Positions 56,362 through 64,000 of a stretch of DNA of 64,000 nucleotides are shown here, piece by piece (positions within the stretch are counted from its first letter, which is position 1; the number at the start of each line of letters is the position of its first letter). Location: assembly GCA_964645405.1 (NCBI GenBank), contig CAZYCA010000029.1, positions 28,047 through 92,046 of the forward strand. Reading direction: 5' to 3'. A program made the translations under genes and the position numbers. The notes under the pieces were generated by a model, which made no database searches, was not told where the DNA came from, and was given only the letters and a program-made list of their open reading frames with translations. This stretch comes from an uncultured bacterium. GTDB taxonomy: Bacteria; Ratteibacteria; UBA8468; B48-G9; DSTR01.

Positions 56362-58113
56362 ATGGCAGGGATTAAAAGGATGTGTTTTTTTCAGTTGTGT
56401 TTCTTCCTTCTTTCTGTCCAGATAGGATTTCTTTTCAGCGAGGAAAAAGTACCACTTTGCCGGATAGGAGTAATCTCCACTCCTTATATTACCGCTCAGA
56501 CAGAACAACAACTTGGACCCAGGAGAAGTTTTCTCACAAAAACCGGACCATCAGGGTTGGCTGAGGCTTTCCGCTTAGCCGAAGAACAGAAGATATCAAC
56601 CCTGATTATACTGGGAGATTTAACCTGGACTGGTTCAGAAGCAGATGTGGAGAAGTTAAAAGGCTTACTGGAAAAATTTCCTGGTGAGATTTTACTGGTT
56701 CCCGGACAAAAAGATTTGACAGAAAACCCGGAAAACCTGACCAGAATTTTAGGACCAAAATATAGCTGTGGTCTCAGATACACAGGAGAAATTAACAGAG
56801 TCCGCCTTGTTTTTAACGCCTTACCGCTGGAAAACAGTCAGCAACAGGAAAGTTTTCTGGACTACCTGGGAAAAGAAGCAACTTCCCAGGCGCAAGCGCT
56901 CTTACTCTTTGGCCAGATAGACAAAATTCTGAAGTTACCGAGCTTTCAACGGAAAGTAGCTGATGTGAAATTGGCTGCGGCTATTATCCCGGGGCATAGC
57001 CACAACTGTGACCTGACGGATTCTTTACCTGTCTGGAGTGCCCCTACAGCAAGCTGGTCCGATGAAGGTAATGCTTTAGGTATCATCAGCGTTTTTCCAG
57101 AAAAACTGGAACTGGCTCTTTACAGAAAGGACCAGCCCCTCCAGGTTTTAACAGTGCCCAATCCGGTGAAAGCAGCAAGGCTGGATGCCAGAAAGGATAC
57201 CTATCTTCTTCCTCCCTACAGTGAAGACTTAGCCCGGAAACCAGAACTGACCTTTGTTGTCTCCGGTGACCCGCAGTTTGACGATTTAACTGAGGAAAAA
57301 TACAGAAACCGTTTTTCTGCTGTAAAAATCATGAATGAAGCCTTAGTCCAGGAAGTAAACCGGCTGAAGCCAGATTTAATTTTCATCGCAGGGGATTTAA
57401 CCAACAAGCATACCCTGACAGAATGGAAACTTTTTGTAGATACCTATCAGCAGTTAACCATCCCGGCTTATCCCTTAGCCGGTAACCATGACCGGCTGGC
57501 AGGGGCAGAGCTGGAGGAAATAGCAAAGAAAGATGAAGGTTTTACTGAAAGTCTGGGAGAAAAGGGCTACAGTGGCGCCCTGGCTCTTTTTCAATTTTTC
57601 ACCCGGGGATTTCCTTCTGCTGGGAAAACCTATTACACAGTGGAAAAAAAGGATTGTGCCTTTATCTGTCTTGATTCTTCAGCCATGGATACGGAAAACG
57701 GCGGCCTGGGTAGCCAGCAACTTGCCTGGCTGGAAAAAGAGCTGGAAAGAACCAAAAATTTTAAGCATGTTTTCATCCTCAGCCACTATCCCGTTTACCA
57801 GCCCTTTGGCAATACTGGTCTTCCTGCCTACCAGCCGGAAAGGGAGAAAATTCTTTCTCTTCTGAAGAAATACAGAGTAGCTGGGTTTTTCTGCGGACAC
57901 AGGCATTTTTCTGCTTCCTCTCTGATAGAGGGAACTTTCCATCTAATAGCTGATGATTTTTGCTGGGGCGAGTACACTTCTTACTGGATTATCCATGTTT
58001 TCCCGGAGAAAATTGTTTACTGCTGGAAGCCGTTTCAGGCCCCCAGACACGGCCTGAAATCTCTCTATGAAAGGATAATCGTTCCAGAACCCAGAGCCGG
58101 GAAAGGTAACTGA
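56362..58113 (+). CDS. Exported protein with tandem metallophosphoesterase domains
   Basis: Signal-like N-terminus; degenerate first domain (GDLT, PGQKD, GHSH) and intact second domain (GDPQ, GDLT, GNHD, SHYP, GHRH). Confidence 0.8.
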   Translation: MAGIKRMCFFQLCFFLLSVQIGFLFSEEKVPLCRIGVISTPYITAQTEQQLGPRRSFLTKTGPSGLAEAFRLAEEQKISTLIILGDLTWTGSEADVEKLKGLLEKFPGEILLVPGQKDLTENPENLTRILGPKYSCGLRYTGEINRVRLVFNALPLENSQQQESFLDYLGKEATSQAQALLLFGQIDKILKLPSFQRKVADVKLAAAIIPGHSHNCDLTDSLPVWSAPTASWSDEGNALGIISVFPEKLELALYRKDQPLQVLTVPNPVKAARLDARKDTYLLPPYSEDLARKPELTFVVSGDPQFDDLTEEKYRNRFSAVKIMNEALVQEVNRLKPDLIFIAGDLTNKHTLTEWKLFVDTYQQLTIPAYPLAGNHDRLAGAELEEIAKKDEGFTESLGEKGYSGALALFQFFTRGFPSAGKTYYTVEKKDCAFICLDSSAMDTENGGLGSQQLAWLEKELERTKNFKHVFILSHYPVYQPFGNTGLPAYQPEREKILSLLKKYRVAGFFCGHRHFSASSLIEGTFHLIADDFCWGEYTSYWIIHVFPEKIVYCWKPFQAPRHGLKSLYERIIVPEPRAGKGN

Positions 58114-58144
58114 ACGATGTGTCTACCTTTGTCAAGTCTGCAAC

Positions 58145-58173
58145 TTGACATATTCAGGATAATGTGTTAGAAT
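58145..58173 (+). promoter_or_regulatory. Sigma-70 promoter (TTGACA-N17-TAGAAT) for the prepilin-like operon
   Basis: Near-consensus boxes with extended TG; -35 is one arm of TGTCAAGT-N5-ACTTGACA; GAGGAGG RBS before ATG 58208. Confidence 0.7.
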
Positions 58174-58207
58174 TAAAACGCAAAATCGACAAACGAGGAG
58201 GCAAAAA

Positions 58208-58849
58208 ATGGGAAAAAAGCAAGGTTTCACTTTGATTGAACTTCTGGTAGTCATTGCTATCATTGCCATTCTGGCTGCGTTGCTTTTACCAGCCCTTTCC
58301 CGGGCCAGAGAAAGAGCCCGCTTAACCAACTGTTTAGGTAATTTGAAACAGATTGGTCTGGCGATGAGAATGTATGCTGATGATAATGATGGCTGGCTTC
58401 CCCAGTGGAGTTCTCTTAATGGTAATATCAGCTGGTACACCAATCTCATTGGTTATAAAGGTACCACCAAAATCGGTCCAGAATATGTCAAACCCAACCT
58501 TTTCTTGTGTCCTTCTGCAAAAAAGCAAAGTTTTGTACCTCAGTATGGCTGGAACTACCGCAGTCTGGGTGGTTCTGCTGCCAGCAGAAAGTATACAGAT
58601 TTTGAGAAACCTGACCGCATTTTTCTTTTAATGGACTGCAAAAGTGTGGGTCTGGTCGGTCCTGTCTCCGGTGAGATTAATAACTGGTGTGACTGGTACC
58701 GGCATACACCTATTCCTGTTGGTCCGACTGATTCTTACGGTATCCACCTGGAATGCCGGGCTAACTTTCTTTTTGTGGACGGTCATGTCCGGACTCTTGC
58801 CAGGAAAGACTGTGGCAATAGTAGCAGTACTTATCCCTGGGGATACTAA
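58208..58849 (+). CDS. Prepilin-type N-methylation / DUF1559 protein with H-X9-DG-like motif
   Basis: G|[29 protein letters not shown]...C..NLKQ, CPS, H...[10 protein letters not shown]. Confidence 0.9.
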   Translation: MGKKQGFTLIELLVVIAIIAILAALLLPALSRARERARLTNCLGNLKQIGLAMRMYADDNDGWLPQWSSLNGNISWYTNLIGYKGTTKIGPEYVKPNLFLCPSAKKQSFVPQYGWNYRSLGGSAASRKYTDFEKPDRIFLLMDCKSVGLVGPVSGEINNWCDWYRHTPIPVGPTDSYGIHLECRANFLFVDGHVRTLARKDCGNSSSTYPWGY

Positions 58850-58938
58850 ACGCCAAGGAGGTCAAGATGAAAAAACAAGGTTTTACTTTGATAGAACTTC
58901 TGGTAGTCATTGCCATCATTGCCATTCTGGCTGCCTTG
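58220..58938 (+). repeat. 63-nt near-identical direct repeat at the 5' ends of the two prepilin genes (58220-58282, 58876-58938)
   Basis: Four mismatches, all at synonymous third codon positions. Confidence 0.8.
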
Positions 58939-59652
58939 ATTTTACCGACCCTGACCAAAGCCAGGGAAAGAGCGAACCAGGCTGCCTGCATCAACAACCT
59001 GAAGCAGTTATATGTAGCCATGTGTATGTATGCTAACGACTATGATGAATGGTTTCCCATTGACAAAGATAGAAGTTTGAGGCTGCCTAATCCTTCCTAT
59101 CCAGACCAGGCGCCATTGCAGGCTACGGTCAAAGGTTCCCTGGCTCTTCTTTATCCCCGGTATGCTCCAAGTTTTAAGGTCTTTGTCTGCCCTGGTGGCA
59201 GCCGTTCTGCAGCCACAGATTTAGCTGATTTCACTGCCTATCATAACTATAACAACCGCTGCAGTTACTGGTATGCTGTTGGTTTCCGGGTCAATGAACT
59301 TCCCAAAATTCAGCAAAACAATCTTCTTGGTCTTCTCGGTGACAGGCATTACAATGAACTGTATCTGGGGCAGACCAGTCCTTACTCCGACCCCTATACT
59401 GAATCAGCCAACCCTGGTTACGCGGCTATCTACTGGAATGGTCATTACTTTTATGACCGGGCAACAGGTACCCAATCAGAGCATGGCCGGGCAGGGGTTA
59501 ACATCCTTTATGTTTATGGTAATGTGGAATGGTGTCCGGGAAGATACCATTATGCTCAGTACAGTGCTTATACACCCGCATTTACTCTACCCTGTGTAAA
59601 TACCAATCGTGGGAATATCACCAAACAGTGGTATACCATCCGCGGCTGGTAA
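58867..59652 (+). CDS. Prepilin-type N-methylation / DUF1559 protein
   Basis: G|[24 protein letters not shown]...[10 protein letters not shown]. Confidence 0.88.
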   Translation: MKKQGFTLIELLVVIAIIAILAALILPTLTKARERANQAACINNLKQLYVAMCMYANDYDEWFPIDKDRSLRLPNPSYPDQAPLQATVKGSLALLYPRYAPSFKVFVCPGGSRSAATDLADFTAYHNYNNRCSYWYAVGFRVNELPKIQQNNLLGLLGDRHYNELYLGQTSPYSDPYTESANPGYAAIYWNGHYFYDRATGTQSEHGRAGVNILYVYGNVEWCPGRYHYAQYSAYTPAFTLPCVNTNRGNITKQWYTIRGW

Positions 59653-59707
59653 TTGTTTCTTTTCTGAGGGAAAGAGAATCGGATAAATACTGCCTTAAGT
59701 CAGAAAA

Positions 59708-61015
59708 ATGCCTGTATTCATTTACGAAAAGAACAGACGAACAGAAATCAAAAACAGTGTTGATGTTGTAATTGCTGGCGCTGGACCAGCAGGGATAGGG
59801 GCAGCAGTAGCTTCAGCCCGGGCCGGGGTAAAAACTTTACTGGTGGAAAGACTGGGTTTTCCCGGTGGTATGTTAACTGCTGGTGGAGTCAGGAATATCC
59901 GCACCTTTACTGATGGTAATGGTCAGGCAGTTATCCGTGGCATCCCTTACGACTTCGTTGAGTATTTGAAGAAAAACCAGGCTGCGAGAAATTGCCAGGA
60001 AAAAGATGCGTTCATCCAGCAGAATCCAGAATTGACCAGGTACTATGCCCAGGAATTTCTGCTGCAGGCTGGGGTGGAGGTTCTTTTCCATGCCCTGGTG
60101 GTGGATGTTTTAAGAAAAGGGAAAAAAGTCTGTGGCGTTATTATAGAAAGTAAATCCGGGCGCCAGGCTATTTTAGCAAAGGTACTGGTGGATGCTACCG
60201 GTGATGGCGATGTCTGCAGGAAGGCTGGTGTGAGAATGAGGAAAGGACCAGGACTGATGCCTATGACATTAACCTTTGTCCTGGAAAATGTGACAGCCTG
60301 GCCAGATGTACGGACAGAAGAAATTTACCAGGCATTCCGGAAAAACTTGAAGTATTGGCCTGTTCTCAATCATAGTCTGGCTTTATTTGCCCTTCCGGAA
60401 GAAGGTTGTGTCTATGCCAATGTGACCAGGATTTTCGGAGACGCCAGTAAAGTAGAAGATTTGACCAGAGGAGAAATTGAAGGAAGAAGACAGGCAATGA
60501 AAGCCTTAGAGTTCTACCGGCAGTACCTGCCTGGTTTTCAGAAAGCCCGACTGAGAAGTTTCGGGATAGAAGTAGGAACCAGGGAATCTTATCGGCTTTC
60601 TGGTCGTTATACTTTGACCGGAAAGGATGTTTTATCAGGCAGGGATTTTCCTGATAACATTGCCAGAGGTTCTTACGGGATTGATATTCATGATAGTCAT
60701 GGCCCGGGTTCAATAATGATTAAACTTTCTCCTGGTAGTTCCTACGGTATTCCCTACCGGTGCCTTTTACCGGAAAGAATAGAAAATCTCCTGGTAGCAG
60801 GCCGTTGTCTTTCCGCCAGCAGACAGGCTCTGGGCTCATGCCGGGTAATGGCTATCTGTATGGCAACCGGGCAGGCAGCTGGTGTAGCAGCAGCTTTAGC
60901 AATCAGAAAAAAGGTAGCCCCTTCCTCACTAAAAATAAAGGAAATACAGGATTGTCTTGTCTCTCAGGGTGCAGTACTCTGGAAAAACCAGCTGAAGAAC
61001 AGAGGGAAAGAATGA
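59708..61015 (+). CDS. FAD-dependent oxidoreductase (FAD_oxidored family)
   Basis: GAGPAG..AA, VDATGDGD, RES.R..G.Y.LT, YGIPYRCL.P, LLVAGRC.S, RVM..CM..GQAAG. Confidence 0.9.
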   Translation: MPVFIYEKNRRTEIKNSVDVVIAGAGPAGIGAAVASARAGVKTLLVERLGFPGGMLTAGGVRNIRTFTDGNGQAVIRGIPYDFVEYLKKNQAARNCQEKDAFIQQNPELTRYYAQEFLLQAGVEVLFHALVVDVLRKGKKVCGVIIESKSGRQAILAKVLVDATGDGDVCRKAGVRMRKGPGLMPMTLTFVLENVTAWPDVRTEEIYQAFRKNLKYWPVLNHSLALFALPEEGCVYANVTRIFGDASKVEDLTRGEIEGRRQAMKALEFYRQYLPGFQKARLRSFGIEVGTRESYRLSGRYTLTGKDVLSGRDFPDNIARGSYGIDIHDSHGPGSIMIKLSPGSSYGIPYRCLLPERIENLLVAGRCLSASRQALGSCRVMAICMATGQAAGVAAALAIRKKVAPSSLKIKEIQDCLVSQGAVLWKNQLKNRGKE

Positions 61016-62556
61016 AAGTTCCGTTTTCCCTTTACTGGGGAGATTTCCATACCCACCTGCAAGATGAGGAAAAGGCTGATACCTTTCTAAAGGAGGCTAC
61101 CTGTAATCTTGATTTCACTGCGGTTTTGTCTTACCCCTTTCTCCGGGAAAAGAAAAAAGGTCTTTTAGTAGAAACTACCAGGCAAAGACCAGAATTTTTA
61201 TCCTGGTGGGAGAAAATCCAGCTTTTATCAGCCAACTACCACAGGCCAGGTAAATTCATCACTTTCCCCGGTTATGAATGGCATGGTAACCGCACCAGGT
61301 ACGGTGACCACAATGTTATTTATTTCCAGGAAGGTTACCCCTTAGATGACACCTGGGCTCTACCTGCCCTTTACAGAAGAATGCGGAAAAGAAAAGCTTT
61401 TGTAATCCCTCACCACACAGGATACCTCGGTGGCTGGCGGGGAAAGGACTGGAGTTATTTTGACCCTTTTCTTTCACCGGTGATGGAAATTTTCTCCAGC
61501 CATGGTTCTTCAGAGGGAATACTTACCGGTTATGGCCTTGACCGCAATAGCAACATGGGACCTTTAACCAGTGGTGGTACCTTTCAGGATGCCTTAAATG
61601 CCGGAGTGATTGTCGGTGTAATTGGTTCTAATGATGGTCCGGGACTGCCAGGTCGCTGGGGACTGGGAAGGGCAGGGGTCTGGGCAGAAGAACTGACCCG
61701 TAGCTGTCTCTGGGAAGCAATAGCTCAGCGCCGGACTTTCGCAGTTACCGGGGACAGAATCAAACTTTTCTTTACCGCTGAAGGACATCCCATGGGTTCA
61801 GTTTTCCACACCGGGAAAGAGATGGACCTGGATGTCTTTCTGGAAGGTTCAGATAGTCTGGACAGGGTAGAACTGATTCATAATGGTTCTGTGGTAGACT
61901 GCATGCACTTTAAAGGACCTTTTTTTCAGCCTTCAGAGAAAAAGAAAAATTATAAAATTAAACTGGAAATGGGATGGGGACCAGCAAACGCCTGGGGATT
62001 TTCTTTTCCGGGGAATACCTTCTGGAGGTGGAAAGGTGAGCTGAAAATAGAAAAAGGTCTTTTACTGGGGATAGAGAAATGTATAACCTTACCAGGTCAG
62101 AGAGTGGAAGATACAGGCAGGAATAGAGTCAGCTGGGATTTTCAAACCCGTGCCAGAACTGATTCTGGTGTTGCTGGTACCAGGGAAGGGCTGATTTTTG
62201 AGATTGAAGGTAATGATAGAACCCTCTTATATTTTTCTCTGGAGGGGATAAAGTTGAAATACACTTTAGGACAGCTCATAAACCGGTTTTACCTGGTGCC
62301 ACTTCTCCGGGAATCAAAGAAACTTATTCGGGAAGCCTTTAATCTTACTCCGGAAACCATTGGCAATCCTGATGACTATTTTTTTAATGCCAGAAAGTTT
62401 CTGCTTCACCGGGCGTGTCCGGAGGAAGAATACAGGCAGAAATATACTTTCCGGAAGATAAGGCTGAAAAAGGGCCATAACTACCTTTATCTGCGGGTTA
62501 GCCAGCGTAATGGTCAGATGGCCTGGTCTTCACCGGTCTGGCCCATAAGTTGTTAA
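61012..62556 (+). CDS. DUF3604 / PHP-like metallohydrolase
   Basis: YWGDFHTH, GYEW, GDHNV, IPHH, EIFSSHG.SE, Y.RV.Q.NGQMAWSSPVW; ATGA-coupled start at 61012. Confidence 0.8.
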   Translation: MKVPFSLYWGDFHTHLQDEEKADTFLKEATCNLDFTAVLSYPFLREKKKGLLVETTRQRPEFLSWWEKIQLLSANYHRPGKFITFPGYEWHGNRTRYGDHNVIYFQEGYPLDDTWALPALYRRMRKRKAFVIPHHTGYLGGWRGKDWSYFDPFLSPVMEIFSSHGSSEGILTGYGLDRNSNMGPLTSGGTFQDALNAGVIVGVIGSNDGPGLPGRWGLGRAGVWAEELTRSCLWEAIAQRRTFAVTGDRIKLFFTAEGHPMGSVFHTGKEMDLDVFLEGSDSLDRVELIHNGSVVDCMHFKGPFFQPSEKKKNYKIKLEMGWGPANAWGFSFPGNTFWRWKGELKIEKGLLLGIEKCITLPGQRVEDTGRNRVSWDFQTRARTDSGVAGTREGLIFEIEGNDRTLLYFSLEGIKLKYTLGQLINRFYLVPLLRESKKLIREAFNLTPETIGNPDDYFFNARKFLLHRACPEEEYRQKYTFRKIRLKKGHNYLYLRVSQRNGQMAWSSPVWPISC

Positions 62557-62568
62557 AAGGGAAGGGAA

Positions 62569-64000
62569 ATGTTAAAAGGGAAACTCTTTCTGGTGATAAT
62601 TGCTCTTTCCTGTGTCTTTCTTTCTTCAGAGGAGGTAGCTAAAATCAGATGGTTAATAGAAGCAGAAAATTTTGATGGTCTGGTGCGGTATCCCCGCTGG
62701 GCAAGCGAGGAGCCCGGGTGGTATGCCTTGGAATGTAACAGTTATCTCCGGGATACCAGCAGGGATTTTGTTGCCTGCTGCCATGACCATGGCCATCCGG
62801 TAAGCATGAAGAAGAAATTTCCGGTTGCTCTGGCCCCTGGTGTTTACACTGTTGGTTTAAAGGTTTACCGGGGACGGTGGAGGCAGGCACCTAATGTGCT
62901 GGAAGTAAAGTTAGGTTCCCGGACTCAGAACTACGAATGGCTGGACAAGCAGGGCTGGATTTTCCAGCGTTTTGACCTGAAAGAACCTGTTACAGAAATA
63001 GTTATCACTGCGAAAGAATTTGGTCAGGCCGTCTTCGGGTTGCTCACAGAAAGCCGGGAGAAAGTAATCCTTCTTGATGCTGTTAGCATCTGTTCTGGCC
63101 AGGAAGAGTTTACACCAGAGAAAGAGTCCTTCTTCCAGCGGATCAGCCACTGGTGCACAGGTCTGGCCCGGGCTGAAGAGTTACCGGGAAGAAACCTGAT
63201 AACCAATTCCAGCTTTGAGCTGGGATTATATGATGCCTGGGCAGCAGAATGTGTGGGACTGAAGACTTACATTCTTTCTCAGCAGGATATCAGCAACCAG
63301 ACATCCTGGCATGGAAATAAATGTCTGGCTCTGCCGCCTGGAGTAAAACCCTTTTCCAGACCCGTTTATATTCCAGTGGACGGTCAGGTTACTCTTTCTG
63401 CTTTTCTGAAGGCAGCCACCGGTTGCCAGATAACTCTAACTTTGAAGCAGGATGGTACGAGAAATCCAGCAGTTATCTTTCAGAAGACTTTTTCTGTTTC
63501 CGAACAATGGCAAAGATATAACGTAAGTGGAGAAGTGAAAAAGGGCTGGTATTTTATCAGTATTTCCCCGCAGGAGGAGGTTTTCTTCTTTCTGGATGCT
63601 CTGCAGTTAGAATGCGGAGAATTAAGTCCGTACCGGCCTTCCAACCCGGTGGAAGCAGCGATAATCTGTCCTGGTTACGGTAACATTGTTTACGAAAAAA
63701 ATCCGACACTGAAAGCCTGCTGTTACAACTCTGGCGACAAACAGGAAAAAACAGTCTTGAACTACCAGGTAACAGATATCTATGGGCAGGTATTAATTAA
63801 AGATTCTCTGAGTCTGGCTGTAGAAAGACAAACAACAAAGGAGCTGGCTATCACCCTGCCTTTGAACAGGTTTGGTATCTTCAGCGTAACCTTTGGCCTG
63901 GCTGGGAGAAACTTCCCGGAAGGAGAAACGCTTCTGGTGATATTACCGGAGCCAAAACCAGGGCAGCACCGGCATCAGTTAGGTGCTAATATGGACTGCA
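62569..64000 (+). CDS. Large secreted carbohydrate-binding / glycoside hydrolase-like protein, 3' end beyond the window (absent from the ORF track)
   Basis: ATG 62569 gives MLKGKLFLVIIALSC (signal peptide), IEAENF and NLITNSSFE (CBM4/9-like); frame appears open to the window end. Confidence 0.7.
   Translation, partial: MLKGKLFLVIIALSCVFLSSEEVAKIRWLIEAENFDGLVRYPRWASEEPGWYALECNSYLRDTSRDFVACCHDHGHPVSMKKKFPVALAPGVYTVGLKVYRGRWRQAPNVLEVKLGSRTQNYEWLDKQGWIFQRFDLKEPVTEIVITAKEFGQAVFGLLTESREKVILLDAVSICSGQEEFTPEKESFFQRISHWCTGLARAEELPGRNLITNSSFELGLYDAWAAECVGLKTYILSQQDISNQTSWHGNKCLALPPGVKPFSRPVYIPVDGQVTLSAFLKAATGCQITLTLKQDGTRNPAVIFQKTFSVSEQWQRYNVSGEVKKGWYFISISPQEEVFFFLDALQLECGELSPYRPSNPVEAAIICPGYGNIVYEKNPTLKACCYNSGDKQEKTVLNYQVTDIYGQVLIKDSLSLAVERQTTKELAITLPLNRFGIFSVTFGLAGRNFPEGETLLVILPEPKPGQHRHQLGANMDC

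Noticed and set aside
62551-62582. Direct repeat TGTTAAAAGGGAA twice at a gene junction
   Set aside because: Only two short copies, explained by stop, RBS and start sequence; probably a small duplication
1-64000. CRISPR array, cas genes, IS/transposase, integrase, prophage or rRNA
   Set aside because: No regularly spaced repeats or recognisable motifs were seen. No att-like or terminal repeats were found around the 36.5-39.1 kb island, so it is not called a mobile element.

Overview
Bacterial chromosomal window around the replication-initiation locus (ftsK, tRNA-Phe, secA, dnaA, dnaN, DUF721/DciA-like, dapA, accD, folC, pyrC). It is flanked by carbohydrate-scavenging and anaerobe-type accessory genes: DUF4838, GH127, fucose/arabinose isomerase family, URO-D/MtaA-fold proteins, DUF1559 prepilin-like proteins, DUF3604 and a CoA activase. 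This gene content suggests an anaerobic PVC-related lineage such as Omnitrophota or Ratteibacteria (inference only). I found no CRISPR array, rRNA, IS element or integrase. Main observations: (1) a 2.7-kb island (36.5-39.1 kb) pairs an HTH-fused amino-DNA-methyltransferase, broken at an A8 tract, with an EndoIII-like HhH-GPD [4Fe-4S] glycosylase/lyase, a candidate restriction-glycosylase or defence system with no PD-(D/E)xK or HNH nuclease; (2) a sigma-28 factor, a FlgM-like protein and a GspG-like pseudopilin with an inserted domain sit behind an internal sigma-28-type promoter, divergent from a PilB/GspE ATPase, with no flagellar genes in the window; (3) a RuBisCO-like protein is in an operon with a GatZ/KbaZ-type epimerase; (4) SecA has an insertion of about 355 aa; (5) an NrdD-like protein lacks its catalytic motifs but keeps two ATP cones; (6) a second DnaA-box and IHF-like cluster lies 16 kb from dnaA; (7) several genes have a leaderless-transcript architecture. 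All family calls come from motif recognition by eye; no database search was run.
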